Part shown: one piece after another, positions 9,844-20,855 of the stretch
Layout of the letters: the number at the start of each line of letters is the position of its first letter
Numbering within the stretch: position 1 is the stretch's first letter
Source: Bdellovibrionota bacterium
Lineage (GTDB): Bacteria > Bdellovibrionota_C > UBA2361 > CAKMMH01
Assembly: GCA_050952645.1 (NCBI GenBank)
Contig: JBMNLI010000012.1
Location: 96,001-160,000 of the forward strand
Length of the DNA stretch: 64,000 bases
Reading direction: 5' to 3'
Made by a program: the position numbers and the translations under genes
The notes under the pieces: generated by a model
The model's input: the letters and a program-made list of their open reading frames with translations, nothing else
The model's database searches: none
What the model was told of the DNA's origin: nothing

Positions 9844-12131
9844 ATGTTAGAAATTTTAAAAAAGAAAAAATTATTTTTAAGTTTAACATTTAGTTTAGCA
9901 TTTCTTTTATTGCACTCAAATGGAAATGCGCTGATTATAGATGATTTTACAGATAAAGATGTTTCGGGTAGCGACGCTTCGCTTCAAACAAACATTGAGG
10001 GAGATGGCGATTTTAGTTGGAATAGTGTAAAGCTCTCTAATGTTGTAGGTGGTTGTAGAAAGGCTGAAATGAAAAGGGATGGTAAGGGGACTTTCGAATC
10101 GGGGCGTTATTCACATAACCAAGGCGCCACTAAAACGGCTCGCTCTACTATCACTTGGGGTGAGTGCGAAGATGGAATCACTATGCCACTAGTCGATTTA
10201 ACTATAGATGGTGGTGAGTATATAATCGTAGAAACTGAAGGTAGTGAACATAATGGGGACATATTTTTAGAGTTGCATGATGATGTTGGGTACAATGGTA
10301 GAGTTAATTGTAGTAAGGTGACAGATGTTCATGAGTATCGATGTGAGTTTTCAAAATTTTTAGGTGTAAACTTAAAAAAGATTGAAAAAATAATTTTAGA
10401 GATAGATGGAAGGCCTGGGTTTGACTTAGATGTAACTAAAGTCTTAACTGGCAATGAAGCTAATACCGTTTGTGGTGTTATTCCATCTGCTTTAAATGGC
10501 TATGGTGCAAAAGATGAGTGTGAAATATGCCCAGGGGAGACCGACTATGGATTAGGAAAAGATGAGTGTGGTTATTGCCCTAATGATACGCTTCCAAAAA
10601 ATTATAGTTATGGAGATGGAAAAATTTGTAAATATAGTTGCGATAAAAATCAAGTTTGTGGTTGGTGCCCAACGAGTACTAAGCATATAAAAGATGGGGG
10701 GTATACTTGTAGGCAGTGTGATGATGGCATAGACAACGATGGAGATGGAAAGATAGACTGTAAAGACCCACAATGCTTAAAAGGTGTAGGTGGAACCTGT
10801 GATAGAAATTACGATAGTGAAGCTCCGCAATGTAGCAATTTAAAAGATGATGATGGTGATGGATTAGTAGATGATGACGACCCTGCTTGTATGGATGAAA
10901 ATGGAGATTACGATCTAAATTTAGATAGCGAAGCGGATGATCCTGCGTGTAGCGATGGGATAGATAATGATGGGGATAAATTGAAAGACGATGAAGACCC
11001 AGGGTGTTACGCTAAAGACCCACTCTCTGGAAAGTACGTTTATAAGCCTTATAAAAGAAGCGAAAAAGGACCTGACACTGAGTGTTCAGACGGTATAGAT
11101 AATGATGGAGATGGTTATATAGATAGCAAAGACCCTGATTGTTGGCACCCAGATTCAACTAAGCTAGGTGGCACTAAAGACTACTCTAGCGTTGCTCCAT
11201 TTTACGATTGGAATCCTTGGCATGACTCAGAGGCTGGAGATAGAGTTTATGAGTGCTCTGACGGTATAGATAACGACCTTGATGGAACTTATCGATGCAG
11301 AAGATCCTGGTTGTCTAGTAAATGAGGAATGGGATCCAAGAGAGGGAAAGCGAGATAAACTCTCCTAATGGTAAGCCTGAATGTAATGATGGAATAGATA
11401 ATGATGGCGATGGGCTTATAGACTACCCTGCAGACCCTGGATGTATAAACAAGGATGATGATTCTGAGGGGGACGATTTAAAGAAACCTGAATGTTCAGA
11501 TAGAATAGATAACGATGGAGATGGAAAGATAGATAAGGAAGACCCTGCTTGTTGGACTTATGATGGCAATGGAAATCCTGTAAACTACGACCCTACTATC
11601 GATGATGAGTCTGGTTGTGCTGGAGTGTCTAGCTTTGGTAACCTTGCTGTAGATAATGAAAGATTAGCGGCTGTTGGGCAAAATGCAGCGCTATATTTAA
11701 AAAGATTTCATAGAAACTCTAGCAAGGAATTTAAGAGAACTACACAATCGGCAAATAGAGTAGGAGAAAAGATAGGAAAAGAAATTAATAAAGTTATGAC
11801 TAACTTAAAAAATTATTCAGTTTCTTGTAAGGATGGTAGCCAAGTTATGGGGACATCTTGTCGTAATAACAATGATGCTGAGTTAAATAAGTTTTCTAAG
11901 CGAGTAAGAAAATTAAATCAGCTAGTTAGAAGAGCACAAAGAAGAGGGTTGTTCTTTAGAAAAAATTATGAGAAGAAAGCTATATCTGCTAAAAAGCAAA
12001 AAAGAGCAAGGTATAAAGAGGTAAAGGATTTAATGCTAAATAATAGACGTGCTGGAACTAGAGGAAAAGTATTTAAAGAGATAAATCGTAAGGTTTCAAT
12101 AGTTAAAGGGTTAGCTATTTGTAACGATTAG
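9844..12131 (+). pseudogene. Secreted Cys/Asp-rich repeat protein (CSDGIDNDGDGxID-x-x-DP-x-C repeats), split by two +1 frameshifts (track ORFs 9844-11325 and 11322-12131)
   Basis: Signal peptide and about 7 repeats. Removing one A at 11286-11287 and one at 11338-11339 gives a continuous DLDGLIDAEDPGCLVNEEWDPERESEINSPNGKPECNDGIDNDGDG. Confidence 0.75.
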
Positions 12132-12202
12132 TCTTTTTGCTTTTAGTTTTTTACATTTAGTTTTTTATTTTCTAAATGGAACGCTTACGAAAGTTATAGT
12201 TT

Positions 12203-12277
12203 TTCACGTTTAAAGGTGGCTTACGCTTATGAGATGGCTTAAAAGAAAATTTAGCTTTAGTCATCTTTAAACGTGAA
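12203..12277. repeat. Palindromic dispersed repeat, short copy
   Basis: Inverted arms TTCACGTTTAAAGGTGGCT ... AGTCATCTTTAAACGTGAA. Confidence 0.7.
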
Positions 12278-12544
12278 TAACTGCTTTTTAAAAATTCTAA
12301 TAATGATTTTTTTAAAAAAAATTACGTAAAGAATTTTTTTTTATTTTCTTTTATTATTTTCTTACCTTATTTAAAACCTTATTTAAAATTTTTTCTCCTA
12401 TTTTTCCTAAAATAATGTTTTGATTTAACTATTTAATTTTTAATATAATATTTAAGTTTTTTCTAAAGTAGCACGATAGTATTTTTAAGTGGTATTAGAG
12501 TTTTGTTTTTTTATTAAAGACGGGTTTTTAACAATTAAAAATAT

Positions 12545-13789
12545 ATGAAATTATTAATTATCGATGTATCAACTGAAGCACAAGCGAGATGCGCTAAAAA
12601 AATAGAGCCATTTAACAGAAGTGATGTCGAAATGCTAGACTTAAAAATAAAGCTAGCAAACGATAAAAACTACAAGGAGATTTTAACAGGGGCCGATGTC
12701 GCAATTTTAGGTGCAGATTTAGGCCAGCAGGCTATCACGGTAGCTAGGGAAATATCGGGGGCTTGCCCTTGGATGAATATCATAATGTTCGTAAAAGATG
12801 AGTTTTATGGCGGAAGTTCTTTTAGGTCTGCTCATTCTGTGGGAGTTAGAAAAGTTTTTGCAGACACTGCTAGCTCGCTAGATTTTCTTCAAGAGTTAGT
12901 GGCTATCCATAGTGAATTTAGAAAAGAGGGAAGAGCAAGAGAAGGGGTGATAGTTGCAGTAAATCATGCTAAAGGAGGGGTTGGTGCTACGTCAGTTTGT
13001 GCAGCTTTAGCAGAGGTCTGCGGAATATATAACAAGAGGACTCTTCTTTGGGATTTAGATGTAGAAACTAGAGATTTAAGTAGGTCGCTAACTGCTAGTG
13101 GCATGGAGGCAAAGGTAGTGTCTTCTTGGATTAATGGCTCTAGAGAAATCACTAGAGAGTCTTTAAAAGATGCGCTTTTACCTATTAGCAACGATGTTTC
13201 AATTTTAATTCCCCCAGATAGTATGGCAGAATCTATGGACTTAGTATGTCATACTGATAGCATTTCACTTTGCAGTAGAGTGTTAGAGCTTTCTAGAGTG
13301 CTTTTCGATGTGATTATAATCGACACTGGCGGACGCATGGGGCCTGCAACGGGAAGTGTAGTTAGAAATAGTGATAAAACTCTTATAGTTGTAGATGATA
13401 CGATTTTAGGATTAACCGCAGCCGACCTATATTTAAATTTCGTAAAAAGCCTAGTTGGAACTCCAGAAAGAATACGCTTTTTAATAAATCAATATACGGG
13501 AAATTTGCTTACTAAATCGCAAATGGAAGCAGAGCTAGAGCCAGTGCATCAGCTAGGAGCAGAGGTTTGGGATATAGAGCCTATATATATGGATCCTAGA
13601 GCTAGCCTATGGCCTGCAAGCGGAAGAACGCTCTATAGCCTTGGAAGTAGAAATACTAAGATAGCTATAAAAAAACTAGCTATAAGCTTAGGAATAACTT
13701 TGCAAGGTGGAGTAGTAAAAAGAGATGAAGAGCAAAATAATTTTACCAAAACTAAAGATGGTGGTTTTTTTAAAAAGCTGTTTGGGTAA
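12545..13789 (+). CDS. cpaE: Flp pilus assembly protein CpaE/TadZ-like (atypical REC + MinD/ParA-like ATPase)
   Basis: AKGGVGATS deviant Walker A, LLWDLD, DVIIIDTG, C-terminal GGFFKKLFG membrane-targeting helix; first gene of the tad cluster. Confidence 0.8.
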   Translation: MKLLIIDVSTEAQARCAKKIEPFNRSDVEMLDLKIKLANDKNYKEILTGADVAILGADLGQQAITVAREISGACPWMNIIMFVKDEFYGGSSFRSAHSVGVRKVFADTASSLDFLQELVAIHSEFRKEGRAREGVIVAVNHAKGGVGATSVCAALAEVCGIYNKRTLLWDLDVETRDLSRSLTASGMEAKVVSSWINGSREITRESLKDALLPISNDVSILIPPDSMAESMDLVCHTDSISLCSRVLELSRVLFDVIIIDTGGRMGPATGSVVRNSDKTLIVVDDTILGLTAADLYLNFVKSLVGTPERIRFLINQYTGNLLTKSQMEAELEPVHQLGAEVWDIEPIYMDPRASLWPASGRTLYSLGSRNTKIAIKKLAISLGITLQGGVVKRDEEQNNFTKTKDGGFFKKLFG

Positions 13790-13998
13790 AACGTTTAGCT
13801 AAAAATAATTGAAACTTATTTTTTAGCTTCGCATCGTAATAGTTGTAAAGTTTGTATTTGTATTTTTATTTTTTAGCTTAAACTTATGCATCTTAAGTAG
13901 TAATCGATGCTCGATTTTTAAATTTAAAAATTTTTAAGCTAAATTTTTTTTAAAATAATTGTTTATATATAATTAATTATATTATGGAGATAATCAAA

Positions 13999-14166
13999 AT
14001 GTTAAGAACTTTTACAAAAAAACAAAAAGGTGCTTCAATGGTAGAGTACGCTTTAGTAGTAGCTTTAATCGCTATAGCTGCTGTTGTAGCAATTAGAGGT
14101 TTGGGCAATCAAATTAAAACTAATTTTGAAGATGTAGAATCTACATTAGAAAGCATAGACCAATAG
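13999..14166 (+). CDS. flp: Flp family type IVc pilin
   Basis: KG|ASMVEYALVVALIAIAAVVAI Flp motif. GGAG upstream favours ATG 13999 over 13984. Confidence 0.92.
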   Translation: MLRTFTKKQKGASMVEYALVVALIAIAAVVAIRGLGNQIKTNFEDVESTLESIDQ

Positions 14167-14209
14167 TATATATTTAACAAGCACTATAAGTATATAAGTA
14201 TATATTTTT

Positions 14210-15163
14210 ATGAAACCACTTAATAATATGCATCAAAATGATAGCAATGTTGGGAGACTAATCTTGATAATAGCATTAGTAGTAATGCTATTATTAGGTG
14301 GTTTCTTATTATTATTTTTTAGTGCTAAAAATAAAGTAGAAAAGCAGTCGTCTTTTGAGGTGACGCAAAAGACTAAAGGAGCTAATGGCGAGTTAGAAAA
14401 TGAGCTTATTCGCTTTGAAAACGTAGATGGTAAAAATGTTGAAAAGATATACCAAGTTTTAATGGCTGCAAGAGATATAAAAAGCGGTGAAAGGTTAAGC
14501 CCTGCTATGTTTAGAAAAGAACCGAGACCATCGAGCGTATTACTAGGAGGAGAGTTTAAAGATTTCTCAGAGCTTCAAGGGCTTTACGCTAAAGAGGATA
14601 TTAGTGCTAGTGATACTATCGATGCAAGCAAAGTAACTAATAAAAAACCCGTAAATACTATTACGGCAAATATCCCTGAGGGGTATAGAGCAGTTACTAT
14701 AAATGTGGACGTGACTAGTAGCGTTGAGGGCTGGGCACGTGCTGGTGCATTCGTTGACGTAGTTTGGAATTCAGTTTTACAAGGGAAACCGTCTGCAACG
14801 GTTATAGTTCAAAATGCAAAAATTTTATCCGCAGAAAGAGTAGTAGAAGGAAATACTCAAGAGGGACAAGTGTCGCAAGCGCAAGTCCCTAGCACAGTTA
14901 CGCTTTTAGTCCTAGCAGATGATGCTACTAAAATTCATTTAGCTGCGACTACTGGAAAATTAAGTTTACAATTAAGGGGCGATGATACCGATGAAAAAAG
15001 AGATGCCAATAGGTCCTCTCTTACTATAGACGATTTATTAGGAGGAGGAAAAACGGCTCGAGGGAAAAAAAGATACGATGCCATAGTAAAAATAAGAGGA
15101 AGCAATGGCAAAATGGAAAAGTGGGGCTTAAAAGATGGCGTTCTTGTCCCAGTAGAAGAATAA
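14210..15163 (+). CDS. cpaB: Flp pilus assembly protein CpaB/RcpC
   Basis: SAF-like VLMAARDIKSGE, IPEGYRAVTINVD, GAFVDV, VTLLV...GKLSLQLR. Confidence 0.9.
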   Translation: MKPLNNMHQNDSNVGRLILIIALVVMLLLGGFLLLFFSAKNKVEKQSSFEVTQKTKGANGELENELIRFENVDGKNVEKIYQVLMAARDIKSGERLSPAMFRKEPRPSSVLLGGEFKDFSELQGLYAKEDISASDTIDASKVTNKKPVNTITANIPEGYRAVTINVDVTSSVEGWARAGAFVDVVWNSVLQGKPSATVIVQNAKILSAERVVEGNTQEGQVSQAQVPSTVTLLVLADDATKIHLAATTGKLSLQLRGDDTDEKRDANRSSLTIDDLLGGGKTARGKKRYDAIVKIRGSNGKMEKWGLKDGVLVPVEE

Positions 15164-15197
15164 GGTTTAAGACGGCAATACGAATCTGGTTTTAGCT

Positions 15198-16679
15198 TTG
15201 GTTTTAGCAAGGTATAATGGGCGAGGTATAATGAGAAAGAATGATGATATAGATATAACAAGTTTATTTTCGACTAAGTTAAATAGAGATAGGGAAACTA
15301 AAGAAACTACCACTGAAGAAACCTCACTTACCACCGTTGATAATTCCACAAGAAGTTTAGCTAATACTAATAATGAAAATAAAGATAAAGCTAATAAAGA
15401 AGACCCCTTTAAAAAAGAACTTTCCTCGACAGGAAATAACGTCTTAAAAGAAGCAAGAAGTGAGCTTGGGGAGCTCATGAATAAATCTCAAGAGGCTCTA
15501 AAGCAAGTAAACGAAGAAACTATAATAAAAGCGGTAGAAAAGGTAATATTTAAAAATAGTGTTTCAATTCCAGACTTAGAAAAAGCTACAATTATTATCC
15601 ATTTACAAAAAGATTTATTAGGTTGGGGAGTTTTGCAACCGCTTATAGACAATCCTGAGGTTACGGATATTCACGTATACGATTATTCCACCGTAGTTTT
15701 ACAACGAGGTAAGGTAAGTGAAAGAACGCCTTATCACTGGCCATCGAAGCAAGTTTACGTTGCTTTTATCGATAGACTACTTTTAAGATTAGGAAAATCG
15801 CTATCTAACCAGCAACATACTATCGACGCTTCGCTTCCAAATGGAATAAGAATATGTGCTATTCACGAGAGTGTTTGTGGTTCTAGGGGGCCTCTTTTAA
15901 GTATTCGTGTGCCTAGAATCAGCAACGTATCATTAGAAAGTATAATAACTTACCAAATGGCTCCACCGTTAATCGTTAGGTATTTAGCAGCGCTAGTAAA
16001 ATGCGGAATATGCACTTTTATGATTGCTGGTGAAACTGGAACCGGTAAAACTACGCTTATGAAATGTCTTGCAACGCAATTTGGTAGCGATGAAGCGATA
16101 GTGGCAGTAGAAGATACTCCCGAGCTTAATTTACAGCACGAATATTTTAGATCATTAGTTTCACGTCCTGCTAATACTGAAGGGAAAGGTGAGGTTACGC
16201 TTCAAGAGCATATTAAAACTACGCTTCGCATGACGCCAAATAGAGTGCTTTTAGGAGAGATGAGAACTCCTTACGCAGCCGAGGCCTTTTTAGAGGGAGT
16301 TCAAACTGGGCACGTTGGAATGAGCACTATTCACGCTCGTAATGCTAGAGAAACTCTTACTAGGCTTGAAGGGCTTTTAGGTCGTGCTCAACATTCGGTT
16401 TCAATAGAAATTTTAAGGCAACAAATAGCACTCGCAGTCGATGTCGTAGTGTGGCTATTTAGAGAAAAGGAAACTGGAAAACCGAGAGTTGGGGAGATTA
16501 TAGAGGTTGGGCATTGTGTTGAGGGTGTAATTCAAACTCGCCCGATGTTTTCTATGCTAAAAACTGGAAAAGACCCTCTATGGAGAGTCGACTCTTGGGC
16601 TAGCTTTTTCGATGAGGAACTTGCAGAATACGGAATATTTTTAGGAGATGTGCCTCCTGAAATTAGTTTAAAGGATTAG
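15198..16679 (+). CDS. cpaF: CpaF/TadA pilus assembly ATPase
   Basis: GWGVLQPLIDNPEVTDI, GETGTGKTT, VEDTPEL, LRMTPNRVLLGEMR, TGHVGMSTIHA. True start probably ATG 15231. Confidence 0.93.
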   Translation: MVLARYNGRGIMRKNDDIDITSLFSTKLNRDRETKETTTEETSLTTVDNSTRSLANTNNENKDKANKEDPFKKELSSTGNNVLKEARSELGELMNKSQEALKQVNEETIIKAVEKVIFKNSVSIPDLEKATIIIHLQKDLLGWGVLQPLIDNPEVTDIHVYDYSTVVLQRGKVSERTPYHWPSKQVYVAFIDRLLLRLGKSLSNQQHTIDASLPNGIRICAIHESVCGSRGPLLSIRVPRISNVSLESIITYQMAPPLIVRYLAALVKCGICTFMIAGETGTGKTTLMKCLATQFGSDEAIVAVEDTPELNLQHEYFRSLVSRPANTEGKGEVTLQEHIKTTLRMTPNRVLLGEMRTPYAAEAFLEGVQTGHVGMSTIHARNARETLTRLEGLLGRAQHSVSIEILRQQIALAVDVVVWLFREKETGKPRVGEIIEVGHCVEGVIQTRPMFSMLKTGKDPLWRVDSWASFFDEELAEYGIFLGDVPPEISLKD

Positions 16680-16794
16680 AAAAATTAGTTTTGAAAATCG
16701 TTAAATTACAAAACGCCGTTAGAGGTATTTATGGGGTGCGTTTTTGGGTTTGTCTAGTTTAATTTGACAATCCGCTAAATTAAAGGTTTAAAAA

Positions 16795-17739
16795 ATGTCT
16801 ATCGGAATTATATTAGGTATTTTATTTATAGTTATATCCTTAGCTTTGCTAGTAGCCTTGCTACATTTAACTAAGAAAAATCAGATTAAAGATAATAAGT
16901 TAAGGAATTTTCAAACTTATAATCAAAAGACTAAGAGTAATGATGATTTTCAAGATAATGATGACTACACGATAGTCGAAAGGAAAGCTAATGGTGATTA
17001 CACTCTAAAACAAAAAATGATATATGCTAATTGGCATTTTCCTCCTATTCTTTTTAGCGCATTAAGATGGCTAGTCGCTTTTTTATGTTTTCTTTTAGCT
17101 AGTACTTATTTCAAAGTATTTTTATCGCTAGTATTTGGTTTTTTAGGTTATGCTTTCGTTAATAGTTTTTTAGATAGAGCTATAAATAAAAGATTTGAAG
17201 CTTTCGATAAAGATTATCCAACATTTTTACAGTCCGTTGTAAGTCTATTAAAATCTGGTATGAATATTCTTTCCGCTATTGAATCTGCCTCAGATGGGCT
17301 AGAACCTTCTTCTTTGTTAAGGCAAGAGGTAGGTATAATGCTAGAAAGATTAAGAATGGGAACTGGGGAAGAAAAAGCGATAGGGAATTTTGGTGCCTCT
17401 ATTAACCATCCTGAAATAGAGCTTTTTATCCAAGCCATAATTTTAGGAAAAAGTTTAGGTGGTGCGTTATCTAATACGCTTGATAGGCTTTCAGAACAAG
17501 TAAGAAAAAGGCAATACTTTAGAAATTCTGCGCAAGCTGCAATAGTGCAACAAAAAGGTTCTCTTTGGGTAATATTAATAATTTTAACGAGTATTTTAGT
17601 AATTATAGGAAAACAGGCACCAGATCTTTTTGAGGCGGCATTAGCTTCTAATCATGGGCGAATGGTGTTAGAGGTAGCTATTGGAGCTATATTAGGTGGT
17701 GTTTATTGGATAAAGCAGATAGTAAAGATTAAGGTTTAG
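16795..17739 (+). CDS. tadB: TadB (T2SS F-family) membrane protein
   Basis: AFDKDYPTFLQSVVSLLKSG, GGALSNTLDRL; multiple TMs; follows cpaF. Confidence 0.85.
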   Translation: MSIGIILGILFIVISLALLVALLHLTKKNQIKDNKLRNFQTYNQKTKSNDDFQDNDDYTIVERKANGDYTLKQKMIYANWHFPPILFSALRWLVAFLCFLLASTYFKVFLSLVFGFLGYAFVNSFLDRAINKRFEAFDKDYPTFLQSVVSLLKSGMNILSAIESASDGLEPSSLLRQEVGIMLERLRMGTGEEKAIGNFGASINHPEIELFIQAIILGKSLGGALSNTLDRLSEQVRKRQYFRNSAQAAIVQQKGSLWVILIILTSILVIIGKQAPDLFEAALASNHGRMVLEVAIGAILGGVYWIKQIVKIKV

Positions 17740-17743
17740 TTTT

Positions 17744-18610
17744 ATGGAATTTTTATATATAAGTGCAGCTATAGTTTCAGTTTTAATAGTTATATTATTA
17801 ATAGCTATAAAAATTTCTAGCAAAAAAAATAGCAAATTAGGTAATTTTAGAAACTCTCAAGGAGACACTAAAGATAAAGTAAAAAAAGTATCTGATAGAG
17901 AAAAGAAGGCGAAAGACAAAGAAGATTTAGAAACTCTTTTTGCAAGAGCTGGAATGTTTTCTCAAGATGAGAGAGCTAAGTTTAATATATTTAGAAAAAT
18001 TACGCCGATAGTATGTTTAGCGATAGGTATTATATTAGGATTAAAATTTGGTGGCATAGTTGCTCTACTTTGCATAATAGCTGCTATTTATTTAGGGCTT
18101 AAAATTCCAGATATAAGATTAAATAAAAAAATAAAAGATAGAAATGAGGATATATTATATTATCTTCCTTTAGTTATAGAGCAGTTAGTTATCGGTGTAA
18201 GTAGTGCGTTAGATGTGGGACCGTGTATAAGCTACGTGGTAGATATGGCAGAAAAGAGGGGAACTCACAACCCAGTTACTTTACTTTTAAAGCAAGTGCA
18301 AACTTACGTTCGTTTTGGAGCATCTTTAGATAATGCTCTTTCTGATATAGGAAGAGAGTCTGGTCATAATGAGCTTAAAAATAGCTTTCTTCAACTTGCG
18401 CAAGTAACGAAACACGGTGGTGAAATTACTAAGCAACTTCAAGATTTAGGCACAACGGTTGCAAAGCAAAGAGAGGTTATAATCGATGGAAGAATAAAGA
18501 CCCTAGAGTTAAAGGCCACTGGCCCTGTGTTTTTAGTATTTGCAGGCAATATGACCATTTTGCTCGGCTTCATAATACTTGGGCTTTTAAAAAGTATGAA
18601 AGAGCTTTAG
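17744..18610 (+). CDS. tadC: TadC (T2SS F-family) membrane protein
   Basis: YLPLVIEQLVIGVSSAL, HGGEITKQL, LELKATGP; follows tadB. Confidence 0.85.
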   Translation: MEFLYISAAIVSVLIVILLIAIKISSKKNSKLGNFRNSQGDTKDKVKKVSDREKKAKDKEDLETLFARAGMFSQDERAKFNIFRKITPIVCLAIGIILGLKFGGIVALLCIIAAIYLGLKIPDIRLNKKIKDRNEDILYYLPLVIEQLVIGVSSALDVGPCISYVVDMAEKRGTHNPVTLLLKQVQTYVRFGASLDNALSDIGRESGHNELKNSFLQLAQVTKHGGEITKQLQDLGTTVAKQREVIIDGRIKTLELKATGPVFLVFAGNMTILLGFIILGLLKSMKEL

Positions 18611-18722
18611 CATAAAAGAAAATTGGAGCTAGCTTTAGCTTTGCGGAGATTTTCTTTTAGGCTTCGTCGAGGTGAGTGATACTAATTCTTAAGGTTTAAA
18701 ACCTACTTTAAAACGTGAAGAG
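18609..18722 (-). repeat. Dispersed MITE/REP-like repeat copy
   Basis: Reverse complement CTCTTCACGTTTTAAAGTAGGTTTTAAACCTTAAGAATTAGTATCACTCACCTCGACGAAGCCTAAAAGAAAAT is shared with the 25108, 40958 and 43312 copies. Confidence 0.85.
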
Positions 18723-18734
18723 CTAAAAAATACC

Positions 18735-18762
18735 TAAATAAATCAATTTATTTGGCCGATAT
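18735..18762 (+). promoter_or_regulatory. Putative sigma-28-type promoter before sctV/flhA
   Basis: TAAA-N16-GCCGATAT ending 8 nt before ATG 18771, which would give a near-leaderless transcript. Confidence 0.5.
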
Positions 18763-18770
18763 CTACATAT

Positions 18771-20855
18771 ATGAAAAAATCATTAATCCAAGGACAAGAT
18801 TTTATGTTAGCACTTTTTGTGCTTTCTATTATGGCTATGCTTGTAATTCCTCTTCCTACAAGCCTGCTCGATTTTTTATTAGTTATAAATATTTCATTTT
18901 CATTACTACTTTTACTCGCTGGGCTTTACATGCCTAATGCCCTAGCACTACTTTCTTTTCCATCTCTTCTTCTTTTAACTACGCTTTTTAGGCTTGGGCT
19001 TAACGTGGCATCGACTAGACTTATCTTAAGCCAAGGAGATGCGGGACACGTTATTGAAACGTTTGGAACGTTTTTAATTAAAGGCGAAATTACAGTAGGT
19101 GTTATAATATTTTTAATTATAACGATAGTAAATTTTATCGTAATTGCTAAAGGTGCTAGCCGTGTATCTGAGGTAGCTGCAAGGTTCTCTTTAGAGTCTC
19201 TCCCTGGAAAACAGATGGCGATAGACTCAGACCTTCGCTCTGGAGTGATTACTACTAATCAAGCTAGAGAAAAGAGGGAAGACCTAAGAAAAGAGTCTCA
19301 ACTTTACGGTGCTATGGATGGTGCGATGAAGTTTATTCAAGGCGATGTTATAGCAGGTTTCTTTATTACGCTAACGAATATTTTTGGTGGTATGTTTATA
19401 GGCTTAAAACAGGGGATGCCTTTTAATGAAGCTCTGCAAACTTATACAATGCTAACCGTAGGAGATGGTTTAGTAAGCCAAATTCCAGCACTTTTAATTT
19501 CTATTTGTGCAGGTATCGTCGTTACTAGAGTAAGTTCGGGCGAGAATACTACGTTAGGAAAGGAGCTTGGGAGCCAACTTTTTGCAAGCCCTGGTATTAT
19601 GATTTTTACGGGGTTTGTGTTATTTCTTTTTGCAGCTTTGCCAGGGCTTCCAGCTTTTCAGTTTATATTAGTAGGTTTAGTATTTGTTTATATAGGTTTT
19701 CATATAAGACGTAAAAAAAGAATAGAATCTCAAAAAGCAGAGTTTTTACCAGTATCGGTTATGCATGCTAATAAAGAATTACTAGAAAGCGATAATGCTG
19801 AAAATTTAGATTGTTTTGAGATATGGATAGATAGAGATTTTGGAGATTATGTTGATTTAAATTCTCTTTTAATTTTACAAAAATGTAATGATTATAAAGA
19901 TAATTTTTTAAAAATGACTGGATTTAAATTTCCTACATTTAAGTTCGTTATAAAAAATGAGATCGCAAAAAATTCATTTAAGATATATAAATCTAATACA
20001 TTAACGGTAGAATCTGTTTTTGCAGATGATATGGTTTATATAAATGTTAATAAATCACAACTTCCAATTTTAGGGCTTAAGGAGTTAAAGGAAGAAAGAC
20101 ATCCAATTTATGGAAGTAAGCTTTATGGCGTTAAAAAAGATGCTTTTTCGAGTTTACTTTGCAAAGAGGCGGATATTATTAGTTATGATAAGATAGATTG
20201 GATATTATTAAATTTAGTAAATTTTTGTATAAATAATCCGATAGAATTTTTTAGTATTTCAGATATAACGATAATGCTTAAAGAGTTAGAAAAAATATAT
20301 CCTGCAACTGTAAAAGATTTATTTTCAATTCCTCAAGTAAGTAGTGCAAAAATTTTTGAAGTTTACAAAGAACTTATTAGGCAAGGTGTGTTTTATATAT
20401 CACATAGGGAAAAATTAGAGGGTATTATTTCATATTTTAATGGCTATAATATTTCTAGCGATAGTGATTTCGATGTTTTTAGTATTGTATCATCGATTAG
20501 AAAGGCTAAGAAACTACACGTTGTATCGAACTCTATATTTAGAGAAAAACGAATAAAACTTTGTAGCATATCTGATGAGTTGCAAGAAGTGTTCGAGGAG
20601 ATGATACCTCAAGTTTATGAGGGGAATATAAATTTAGATGCAAAAGATTTTTCTACTATAAAGAATAATCTTTTATCATTACAAAGAAACTATATAGAAA
20701 GGGGAATAGTTAGTTTTTCTATAATTAGCTCTAGAGATTTAATTCCCGTAATATACAATGTGCTTAGAATTTTTGAGTTAAAAATTAATGTAATAGATTT
20801 TGATGAGCTTACGCCAGATTTAAAAATAGAACATATAGGAGTTTGGAGAAAATAA
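18771..20855 (+). CDS. sctV: Type III export apparatus major subunit (FHIPEP family; SctV-like rather than flagellar FlhA)
   Basis: FPSLLLLTTLFRLGLNVASTRLIL, RVSEVAARFSLESLPGKQMAID, ESQLYGAMDGAMKF (flagellar FlhA is typically EADFYGAMDGASKF), TVGDGLVSQIP. Cytoplasmic domain divergent. Confidence 0.85.
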   Translation: MKKSLIQGQDFMLALFVLSIMAMLVIPLPTSLLDFLLVINISFSLLLLLAGLYMPNALALLSFPSLLLLTTLFRLGLNVASTRLILSQGDAGHVIETFGTFLIKGEITVGVIIFLIITIVNFIVIAKGASRVSEVAARFSLESLPGKQMAIDSDLRSGVITTNQAREKREDLRKESQLYGAMDGAMKFIQGDVIAGFFITLTNIFGGMFIGLKQGMPFNEALQTYTMLTVGDGLVSQIPALLISICAGIVVTRVSSGENTTLGKELGSQLFASPGIMIFTGFVLFLFAALPGLPAFQFILVGLVFVYIGFHIRRKKRIESQKAEFLPVSVMHANKELLESDNAENLDCFEIWIDRDFGDYVDLNSLLILQKCNDYKDNFLKMTGFKFPTFKFVIKNEIAKNSFKIYKSNTLTVESVFADDMVYINVNKSQLPILGLKELKEERHPIYGSKLYGVKKDAFSSLLCKEADIISYDKIDWILLNLVNFCINNPIEFFSISDITIMLKELEKIYPATVKDLFSIPQVSSAKIFEVYKELIRQGVFYISHREKLEGIISYFNGYNISSDSDFDVFSIVSSIRKAKKLHVVSNSIFREKRIKLCSISDELQEVFEEMIPQVYEGNINLDAKDFSTIKNNLLSLQRNYIERGIVSFSIISSRDLIPVIYNVLRIFELKINVIDFDELTPDLKIEHIGVWRK

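Noticed and set aside
18752..18937. 61-aa ORF at the sctV start
   Set aside because: Alternative frame inside the conserved sctV 5' region.
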